Shown one piece after another: positions 20,197 through 27,890 of a DNA stretch of 64,000 bases. The notes beneath the pieces were generated by a model. It was not told the DNA's origin. It searched no databases and saw nothing but the letters and a program-made list of their open reading frames with translations. The stretch's first letter is position 1. Every line of letters begins with the position of its first letter. The position numbers were made by a program, and so were the translations under genes. This stretch comes from Cyanobacteria bacterium auto_48_18 (GTDB lineage: Bacteria > Cyanobacteriota > Vampirovibrionia > Obscuribacterales > Obscuribacteraceae). Location: NCBI GenBank assembly GCA_036170915.1, contig JAVHQC010000006.1:1-64000 (forward strand), read 5' to 3'.

Positions 20197-20970
20197 ATGA
20201 CAATGATGCAAAGAAAAATTCAAATCTTCAGTCTGGCTATATTCTTAGCCAGTGTGGGAACTATTTCACTCGATCAACTTGCCTCAAGCGCTCCGGCGCG
20301 TGGCGGCCGACCAGCCGTGCGGTCTCGACCGGTCATTATGCGACCAGCGGGTGATGCTTCTGCCGGGCGTGAGTATAGCGCAAGGTTATGGAATCGCATT
20401 CTAAATCAGTGGGATTACCCCAACGGTACCAATCATGTCACTCTTGCAGCCACCCTTGCAGCCGACGGCAATGTGGAAAGTGTGCAGCTATCTAGCTCAC
20501 CGAAGAATGCAGAGGCCGAAGCCAGCGCACAGTCTGCTTTTGATAAGGTCAGGCCACTGGATGCTTTGCCCAGAGGTATGAATTCTGCCAAGTTGACGAT
20601 TCTATTTGACTCTAAATCCGATCCGCATGGTGACTCCAGCTCTGGTGGCAGCGTGCGCCTTGATCCAATCAATAGCGTTAGAGCCCCGGTGGTGCAAGAG
20701 GCCAGACCTGAAGTTAAGCAAGAAGCGCCAGCGCCAAGATCTGAGGTTAAAACAGAGGTTAAAACTGAGGTCAAAACGGAGACTAAAGTAGAACCAAAGC
20801 CCGAACCAAAGCCCGAATCTGAGCCAGTGACTGAAATTAAAGTCGAGCCGAAAATAGAACCAGAACCAGAAATTAAAACAGAAACTAAAACTAAAACAGA
20901 AACAGATACAAAAGTCGAACCGAAAACAGAAGATGAGTTCGGCAGCGGTGCCGGTAGCACAGGCAAATAG
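20197..20970 (+). CDS. TonB/TolA C-terminal-like domain protein with an E/K/P/T-rich tail
   Basis: YSARLWNRILNQW...ADGNVESVQL.SS...PLDALP pattern followed by EVKT/EPKP repeats. Confidence 0.7.
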   Translation: MTMMQRKIQIFSLAIFLASVGTISLDQLASSAPARGGRPAVRSRPVIMRPAGDASAGREYSARLWNRILNQWDYPNGTNHVTLAATLAADGNVESVQLSSSPKNAEAEASAQSAFDKVRPLDALPRGMNSAKLTILFDSKSDPHGDSSSGGSVRLDPINSVRAPVVQEARPEVKQEAPAPRSEVKTEVKTEVKTETKVEPKPEPKPESEPVTEIKVEPKIEPEPEIKTETKTKTETDTKVEPKTEDEFGSGAGSTGK

Positions 20971-20978
20971 CTCCAGAG

Positions 20979-22487
20979 TTGGTAGATATGTTTGGTACGA
21001 GCAAAAGGCCGCTCAAGTTTGCAGGCACCTGGTATGCCTCAAACGCAACTTGGCTGGCCAATCAAATCGACGAATTTATCACTTGTGCCCAGGCAAAAAT
21101 TGATAATCAGCAAACTGCACTGACGAGCCGTAAAATCTTAGCTCTCATAGCACCGCATGCCGGTTATATGTATTCAGGACAAACCGCAGCTACCAGTTAT
21201 CTGGCGGCGGCAGGCGCCGGTGTAAAACGTGTTTTTCTATTTGGCCCGTCTCACTACGGCGGTTTTCGCGGCGCTGTCTTACCACCATATAAAAGTTTTG
21301 CCACGGTTTTTGGTGACTTGAGTGTCGACACCACAGTGGTGGCAGAACTCAGGCACTGTCTGCTTTTCGATCAAAGAGCCGATTTGCATTTACAAGAACA
21401 TTCGCTTGAGTTGCAACTGGCTTTTATTCGCAAGATATTCGGCAACATTAAAATTGTTCCTATTCTCTTTGGCAAATCAGAAGAACTTTTTGAGAGCCAA
21501 TTTATGGCCAGTAAAATTGCTGAACATTTGACCGACGATGACCTAATTGTTGTCAGCTCTGATTTTACCCACATTGGCCCCAGGTATGGTTATACACCCT
21601 TCCATATTTCTAGCCGCGATCAGCTTGAGAAGCTCGATATGGAGGCATTCAGTTGCTTGCAAAAGCCAAGTCTTGAGGCTTTTCTCTCGTTTTTCGAGCG
21701 CACAGGAGACACTATATGTGGTGTCTATGCCATTGCTGCCTTGCTTGGCCTTTTGCCGTCTGATAGTGCCGGCGTTCTGCTCGATTACTCTACATCGCAA
21801 GAACAAGCGCCTGAAGAAAAAGAAAATTCAGTCTCTTACCTGTCCATTGCTTTTACCTCTGAGCGCAGCTGGAGCCAGATTCGGGCTGCTAGTGAGGTGA
21901 GCATACAGACAGGCTTGACAGATGGAGAGAAAGAGTCGCTGCTAAATGTGGCCAGAATCACCCTGGAAAGCTATGTACGTGAAGGCCGAGTACCCGCGAT
22001 GGACGAGCTATTTTCAAAGAATGTGGCGCTCACCGATAAGCTTGTAAGCCCACATGGTGCTTTTGTCACTTTATACAAAAAAGACGTGGTGCTGCAAGAG
22101 TCTAAGTTAAGAGGTTGTATCGGCAATATTTTGCCAACCAAACCCCTCTATAAAGCTGTGATTGATAATACCGTGGCCTCTTGCTCTCGCGACTATCGCT
22201 TTGATCCGGTGCATCCATCTGAACTGGGAAATCTTGAGCTAGAAATTAGTGTGCTCACACCACCCAAACGAGTAGACTCGGCGAAAGACATCAAATTAGG
22301 CGAAGACGGAATTTTATTACATGTGGGCGACTGTCAATCGGTTTTCCTTCCTCAAGTGGCCACAGAATATGGCTGGACCCTGGAAGAAACTTTAGAGCAG
22401 CTCTCACTTAAGGCAGGGCTGGATAGGTCTGCGTGGAAGCGAAACGCCCGTTTTGAAGTTTTTCAAGCAGAATCTCTGCACGAGTAG
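20979..22487 (+). CDS. amrB: Fused MEMO1-family (AmrB) plus AMMECR1-family (AmrA) protein
   Basis: MEMO motifs PHAGYMYSG, GPSH, EHSLE, SSDFTH and TICG; AMMECR1 motifs GAFVTL, LRGCIG, D.RF and FLPQVA. Confidence 0.9.
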   Translation: MVDMFGTSKRPLKFAGTWYASNATWLANQIDEFITCAQAKIDNQQTALTSRKILALIAPHAGYMYSGQTAATSYLAAAGAGVKRVFLFGPSHYGGFRGAVLPPYKSFATVFGDLSVDTTVVAELRHCLLFDQRADLHLQEHSLELQLAFIRKIFGNIKIVPILFGKSEELFESQFMASKIAEHLTDDDLIVVSSDFTHIGPRYGYTPFHISSRDQLEKLDMEAFSCLQKPSLEAFLSFFERTGDTICGVYAIAALLGLLPSDSAGVLLDYSTSQEQAPEEKENSVSYLSIAFTSERSWSQIRAASEVSIQTGLTDGEKESLLNVARITLESYVREGRVPAMDELFSKNVALTDKLVSPHGAFVTLYKKDVVLQESKLRGCIGNILPTKPLYKAVIDNTVASCSRDYRFDPVHPSELGNLELEISVLTPPKRVDSAKDIKLGEDGILLHVGDCQSVFLPQVATEYGWTLEETLEQLSLKAGLDRSAWKRNARFEVFQAESLHE

Positions 22488-22504
22488 CATTACGGAAAAT
22501 ACGC

Positions 22505-22532
22505 TTGACAAGGGTAGGCCTTGTGGTAGTGT
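22505..22532 (+). promoter_or_regulatory. Candidate sigma70 promoter ahead of the pilin-like gene
   Basis: TTGACA-16 bp-TAGTGT with an extended -10 TG. Confidence 0.5.
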
Positions 22533-22771
22533 TTATTTCGTTCACCACCTTCTAGCAATGCCAAAATAGATTGATTTTTTGGAGTTTCATCGTCGATTTT
22601 TAGATCGGTACGACATTGCTGGATTTTTCTTTTGGTCTGATTGGACGCACAACTTGCTCTGAATTAAACGTCTGCCGGCTGGTGGATGCTGGTTCTCAGT
22701 GGCAATGCTTAGAAATCAGATTTTGCTGTTGTAACCCATGAATGCGCGACAATATTTTGGAGTGATCAATC

Positions 22772-23308
22772 ATGTACTTGCCTGTTCGATTCGCTAAAGC
22801 AGCTGCAGCTGTATTTTTATCCAGTCTGTTTTTAAATTGTGCTCCTGTTTTTGCTCAAGATGCATTTGGCTCTGGTAGTCAGAACGCTCTAAATTCATTA
22901 GGAGCTACTGGTGTGCAGAGTCGTCAAAACTATACTACCGGAACTCAGACTCAAGAAGTTAGTAGCGGCGCTTCACCAATGCTGCAGGGTGCTACCAATG
23001 GCACTGTGGCGCCTCAAGGCATTGAGGCTACTGTGGTGCAAGGGGTCAATACTGCTGGCACTGTCCGGGTGAACAACCTGGCGAACCTGGAAGCATTGTT
23101 GAACATAATTGCCAATGGCATGGAAATTTTGGGCATTGCTTGGGGTGGGCCAACAATGATTTGGGGCTTCATGCACCTCGCCGCAGGCACTCATGATGGT
23201 AAGAAGAAAGTTTTGTACGGTGCATGTGGTGTAACTGGTGGCTTAGCCACGCCTGGATTGATCAACTGGCTCGTAGCCTCGGCTCGCGATGCTGCTCTGT
23301 TCAGTTAA
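22772..23308 (+). CDS. Secreted or membrane protein with a VirB2/TrbC-like pilin C-terminus
   Basis: Signal peptide (VFA|Q), Gly/Thr/Gln-rich spacer, then two hydrophobic helices split by GTHDGKKK. Confidence 0.6.
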   Translation: MYLPVRFAKAAAAVFLSSLFLNCAPVFAQDAFGSGSQNALNSLGATGVQSRQNYTTGTQTQEVSSGASPMLQGATNGTVAPQGIEATVVQGVNTAGTVRVNNLANLEALLNIIANGMEILGIAWGGPTMIWGFMHLAAGTHDGKKKVLYGACGVTGGLATPGLINWLVASARDAALFS

Positions 23309-23847
23309 TGCATCTGCAAAAAGTAAACCAGCAGGTTCTGAATCATCACCTGAAAGCCGGCAAACATCAAAAAAATCAATGTATTGTCTTGACTGGCAAA
23401 GCGTGTCAGTTCAGCTTCAATACTTGGGGCAATAGTTTTTTCGACATTGCCATCAAGTGCTTGAGTAGACATTATCAGGCGGGGATTGCTGCGCCATAGG
23501 CCATAGCTGAACATTTCATCGACACTGTCGTCAACCACGGCCAGTTTGAGCCCAGGTAAAGATAGCTTTTCGCACTGCGATGAAAGTATTAAGGCGAGCT
23601 CTGGATTGTCTTGGGCAACTTCTTCAAGAGCCATAAAACGTGCTTTGAAATAGCGGCTCTCGGCCCAGTCGAGTACCAGCGGCAAGAGCATTACGAAGAT
23701 CACGTTCCAGGAAAGAATTATGAGAGCAGCACCGCGCACACCAACATCTTCAGTAGTAACCCATTTTGCTATCTGAAAAGTCATGGCCAAGCCGGCGCAG
23801 AAAGTCAGTGCGTAATATGCCTTCAGTACTCGCGATGGTGTGACCAT
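23305..23847 (-). CDS. Membrane protein, degenerate M48/M56-like fragment without HExxH
   Basis: Two TM helices, then KLAVVDD..EMFSYG...PRLIMS...SIEAELTRFASQD, collinear with the HtpX core. Confidence 0.6.
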   Translation of the reverse strand: MVTPSRVLKAYYALTFCAGLAMTFQIAKWVTTEDVGVRGAALIILSWNVIFVMLLPLVLDWAESRYFKARFMALEEVAQDNPELALILSSQCEKLSLPGLKLAVVDDSVDEMFSYGLWRSNPRLIMSTQALDGNVEKTIAPSIEAELTRFASQDNTLIFLMFAGFQVMIQNLLVYFLQMH

Positions 23848-24022
23848 TTTTGTATCCGCTTAACTGTCGTACGACCTAACACTGGTTAGCACCAAGCTTA
23901 GAGCTCGGCTAAATGCATCTTGCATAGATGTTGTTATTTCTTCTATTCCACTGTGGCAGCAAGGCGAAACCGCCCACGCGCTGCTTGACAATTGACCGCT
24001 TTGGCTTCATATATGATGAGGC

Positions 24023-24368
24023 CATGAATAAGACTGATTTGCCGCTCAAAATATCCGAATATAAATTGTTGCTGGTGAAGCTGGTGCGCGACCAGGAAAC
24101 CAAAAAAGCACAGGGTGATGTTCAAAAGTTGATTGAACTAGCCGAATGCGACGACGACTTTTTATTGAAGAAATGGGGCCTGATTTTTTTCATTATCGGC
24201 GGACCTGCAGTATTTATCGGCCTGCCTTTAATCTTGTCTCTTTTTGGTTTGTTTTTGCCGCCGTTCTTAATGAACGTGCTCTGGATTTTCACTAAGGGTT
24301 TAATGTTGGTTTTTCTGATTTTGTTCAGCGCCACAGCTTTCTTCACTTTGAGATCGAAGCAATCTTGA
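24023..24368 (+). CDS. Small hypothetical membrane protein
   Basis: Part of ORF 23928..24368; ATG at 24023 is preceded by GAGG; two C-terminal TM helices. Confidence 0.6.
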
Positions 24369-24483
24369 AAAGCTGGGCAGCTGGGCTTTGCATTTTAAAA
24401 TTTCATCAACCGCCCTGCGATTTAAGGGAATATCCGATTATTAGTCGGCTATAACTTTAGACCCCTACACAGGACACGGTCTA

Positions 24484-24720
24484 ATGAACAAGAAGTCGAA
24501 TTGCAGTCTTCAGGAAGTCCCAGGGCAGATTTTGCCTGATTCAGTGGCCGAAGCCATAGACCGTGTTGCTTTGTTAGCTCGTGGCGAAAAAATTGACAAT
24601 GCCGGCGCTGCTGCCATTGTCGAAAGACTGTTGGCTCGTCTGGCTGAAAATTCAACGAGCCAGCAAGCTGATGCCTGTTGCGTGGACGCCAAAATGTTTG
24701 ATCCCATTGCGGGGCCGTAG
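24484..24720 (+). CDS. Small hypothetical protein (78 aa)
   Basis: ATG preceded by AGGA, fills an intergenic gap and is followed by a hairpin. Confidence 0.45.
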   Translation: MNKKSNCSLQEVPGQILPDSVAEAIDRVALLARGEKIDNAGAAAIVERLLARLAENSTSQQADACCVDAKMFDPIAGP

Positions 24721-24754
24721 TTAGCTGCACTGTTGGTGGTGGCTAAGTGTGTGT

Positions 24755-24784
24755 AGAAAAAATACCTCCGGAGGTATTTTTTCT
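24755..24784. repeat. Perfect 30-bp palindrome, possibly a terminator
   Basis: AGAAAAAATACCTCC|GGAGGTATTTTTTCT. Confidence 0.85.
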
Positions 24785-24855
24785 GCATTACGGACTGCGC
24801 ATTAGTTTAATGAAAAGCAGACCAAGCTGCATAATAAATTGACACCCATTCAAAT

Positions 24856-24885
24856 AAAAAGCCGCTGCGTAAACAGCGGCTTTTT
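24856..24885. terminator. Bidirectional intrinsic terminator downstream of korB
   Basis: AAAAAGCCGCTG-cgtaaa-CAGCGGCTTTTT. Confidence 0.85.
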
Positions 24886-24910
24886 CAATTTATTTCAGCA
24901 ACCGAGTCAA

Positions 24911-25939
24911 TTACATCAATTCGGCCATAACCGCATCTAAAGCACTTTTCGGTGGGCGAGTGACCGACTCTGGTAGTGTTGCCAGAGGAGCATCGCCAAC
25001 GTTCATGATTGTTGTGAAATCTTCTTTGGTTTCGTTGATATAGAGCAACCCTGTCAGGAACTCTTTATTAGCGTGAGCCTTCTTAATTGTCACCACAGCG
25101 TTGATTTCGTCGGTTGGATCGTAATCACGTTCAGTTTTCTTCAATCTGATTTTTGAGCCGTCATGCATTTCTACTTCTTGCACAGAGCCCGGTTCATAAT
25201 CAACACTAATCTGTTCGAAGAATGGCACATAGCCAAGTTCGTGCAAAGGTGTTTCCATTTCTTTGGCGTACTTATAGCTCTTGGTAGAACCTTCATGGTT
25301 GTTGAAAGTCACACAAGGACTGATCACGTCAATGACTGCGGTCCCTCTGTGTGAGCCAGCTGCTTTCAGCAGTGCCACCAGTTGCTTAGGATCGCCGGCA
25401 AATGAACGGCCGACAAAACTGCAACCAAGTTCAATGGCCAGGCCGCAAAGGTCAATTGGCGGCAATTCATTCATAACGCCGCTTTTAGCTTTAGAGCCAA
25501 GGTCAGCTGTGGCTGAGAATTGTCCTTTCGTCAGGCCATACACACCATTGTTTTCTACAATATAAATCATCGGCACGTTGCGTCTGACTAAATGGCAGAA
25601 CTGGCCGAGACCGATTGACGCTGTATCGCCATCGCCGCTGACACCAATCATGGTCAAATTGTGATTGGCCATACTGACGCCGGTGGCTACTGATGGCATT
25701 CTTCCGTGTACTGAATTGAAGCCGTGTGAACGGTTCAAAAAATAAGCGGGAGTTTTTGATGAGCAGCCGATGCCGCTCAATTTTGCCACCATGTGTGGTT
25801 CTGTGCCTAATTCGTAAAAGGCCTTGATGATTTGAGCGGTAATGGCGTCGTGTCCGCAACCATCGCAAAGCGTTGATGGTGCGCCTTTGTAATCATTTAA
25901 GCTCAAACCAATACGGTTAGTTGGAGGTGCTGCTGTCAT
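24911..25939 (-). CDS. korB: 2-oxoacid:ferredoxin oxidoreductase beta subunit
   Basis: LCDGCGH, SGIGCSS, HGR, GDGD, ENNGVYGLTKGQ and SPCVTFN motifs. Start re-called at ATG 25939, next to the alpha-subunit stop. Confidence 0.92.
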   Translation of the reverse strand: MTAAPPTNRIGLSLNDYKGAPSTLCDGCGHDAITAQIIKAFYELGTEPHMVAKLSGIGCSSKTPAYFLNRSHGFNSVHGRMPSVATGVSMANHNLTMIGVSGDGDTASIGLGQFCHLVRRNVPMIYIVENNGVYGLTKGQFSATADLGSKAKSGVMNELPPIDLCGLAIELGCSFVGRSFAGDPKQLVALLKAAGSHRGTAVIDVISPCVTFNNHEGSTKSYKYAKEMETPLHELGYVPFFEQISVDYEPGSVQEVEMHDGSKIRLKKTERDYDPTDEINAVVTIKKAHANKEFLTGLLYINETKEDFTTIMNVGDAPLATLPESVTRPPKSALDAVMAELM

Positions 25940-25940
25940 T

Positions 25941-27764
25941 TTATCTCTCCTGCTCCATGATTGCGTCGGTGACAAATCTAGCGTCGATCGGCAAACCATC
26001 ATAGTGTCTGACCGAGCGAATTTTCATCGCCATGTCGGGTAGTTCTAAGCGAATCAGATCACGCATTTGACCGTCTCTGTTTTGTTCAACTACATACACA
26101 TGATCATGATTTTCCACAAATTTGCGCAGGTCGGCAGTGAATGGCAGCGCTTTAACACGCAAGTAGCTGGTGGCAATGTTGGCCACTTTCAGCTGGTCGC
26201 GAGCTTCTTCAACAGCGAAGTCAGAAGAACCATAAGCAATGATGCCGATTTTGGCGCCGTTCTCAATTGATACCACCGGCACTGGCACAAAATTGCGAGC
26301 CGTTTGATATTTTCTTTCGAGGCGGTCCATTAAGTACAGGTAGTCTTCAGGTTTTTCACTATATCCGGCTTTTTCGTTGTGACCCGAGCCGCGAGTGAAG
26401 TATGCACCTTGAGGATGGTCAGTGCCAGGTAGTGTGCGGTACGGAATGCCGTCACCGTCTACGTCGCGGTAACGTTCGAAGACACCGGCTTTGGTGATGT
26501 CGTCGGCAGTCAACACTTTGCCGCGGCTGATTGGTTTAGTTGGATAGACGAAAGGATCGCTCATCCAGTTGTTCATGCCGAGATCAAGGTCTGTCAATAC
26601 GAAAACAGGAGTTTGGAATTTCTCAGCCAGTTCGAATGCGTCACCAGCCATTTCATAACACTCAGTTACAGAACCTGGCAGAAGGACAATGTGTTTGGTA
26701 TCACCATGAGAAAGTGTATATGCACTAATCAAATCGGCTTGTGATGTGCGCGTCGGTAGACCAGTTGATGGGCCTACGCGCTGAACATCAACTATTACCA
26801 CCGGAATTTCGGTGAAATAACCATAACCGGTGAACTCGGCCATCAATGAAATGCCGGGTCCAGACGTTGAAGTCATAGAGCGCGCTCCAGCCCAACCTGC
26901 ACCAAGAGCCATTCCGATGGCAGCCAGTTCGTCTTCAGCTTGAATGACGGCGAAGCTTGCTTTGCCTGTTTCTTTGTCAACTCGATGGTCTTTCAAAAAA
27001 TCGATTAACTGTTCGCAAACGCTGGATGATGGTGTGATTGGATACCAGGTGACAACTGTAACACCGGCGAAAAGTGCACCAAGAGCTGTGGCGGCGTTAC
27101 CATCGATGATGATTTTGCCCTGAGTCTTGTTCATGGGCTCGACTGAGTAAGGATCTTGTTTTTTGAGATTCTCTTTGGCCCAATCGCGGCCGATTTTAAC
27201 GGCATTTAAATTCAGATCGATAGCTTTCGTTTTGCCTTCAAACTGTTTGCTAATGCTGTTTTCAATTTGAGCATGTTCGATATTCAAAAGCTCGGCAACA
27301 ATGCCAACATAAAGCATGTTGGTCAGCAGTTTGCGCAACTTCATGTTTTCGCTGGCTTTAGCGGCCAATTCACTGAACGGCACCTGGTAGTGCAAAACGT
27401 CAGTGCGAATTGCTTCTAAACGAAGCTCGACCGGTGAAATGCAAACTGCGCCTGAAGACAAACTTTTGACGTCTTCGATTGCTGTCTGCGGATTCATGGC
27501 GATCAGAATCTCTGTTTCCGCTTTTCTGGCGATGTATCCGTCTTTATTGACGCGAATGGTAAACCAGGTAGGCAAGCCGGCGATGTTTGATGGAAAGAGG
27601 TTCTTTCCACTGACCGGAATACCCATTTGGAAAATCGAGCGCATTAAGACGCTGTTTGAAGATTGGCTTCCTGAGCCATTTACGGTTGCAATCTGGATAG
27701 AAAAGTCATTGACGACTCGACCTTGCTCCAGTTTTTCTTTGCTACCCTCAGCTAGTGTGTTCAC
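25941..27764 (-). CDS. korA: 2-oxoacid:acceptor oxidoreductase alpha subunit (gamma-alpha fusion)
   Basis: YPITPSS, QAEDELAAIG, TSGPGISLM and QRVGPSTGLPT motifs. Confidence 0.93.
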   Translation of the reverse strand: MNTLAEGSKEKLEQGRVVNDFSIQIATVNGSGSQSSNSVLMRSIFQMGIPVSGKNLFPSNIAGLPTWFTIRVNKDGYIARKAETEILIAMNPQTAIEDVKSLSSGAVCISPVELRLEAIRTDVLHYQVPFSELAAKASENMKLRKLLTNMLYVGIVAELLNIEHAQIENSISKQFEGKTKAIDLNLNAVKIGRDWAKENLKKQDPYSVEPMNKTQGKIIIDGNAATALGALFAGVTVVTWYPITPSSSVCEQLIDFLKDHRVDKETGKASFAVIQAEDELAAIGMALGAGWAGARSMTSTSGPGISLMAEFTGYGYFTEIPVVIVDVQRVGPSTGLPTRTSQADLISAYTLSHGDTKHIVLLPGSVTECYEMAGDAFELAEKFQTPVFVLTDLDLGMNNWMSDPFVYPTKPISRGKVLTADDITKAGVFERYRDVDGDGIPYRTLPGTDHPQGAYFTRGSGHNEKAGYSEKPEDYLYLMDRLERKYQTARNFVPVPVVSIENGAKIGIIAYGSSDFAVEEARDQLKVANIATSYLRVKALPFTADLRKFVENHDHVYVVEQNRDGQMRDLIRLELPDMAMKIRSVRHYDGLPIDARFVTDAIMEQER

Positions 27765-27890
27765 TTTGCTAATATCCTATTGAAAGAGCTCTGTGGCTGT
27801 GTACCGTCAATAGTCTAGCAACGCTCACGCCGAAACGCCCGCAAATACCAAATTGCCTAAGCTTTTCGAGATGCTTTGAAACGTCAGCTC

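Noticed and set aside
20433..20966. 177-aa - strand ORF
   Set aside because: It is the antisense of a low-complexity repeat region of 20197..20970.
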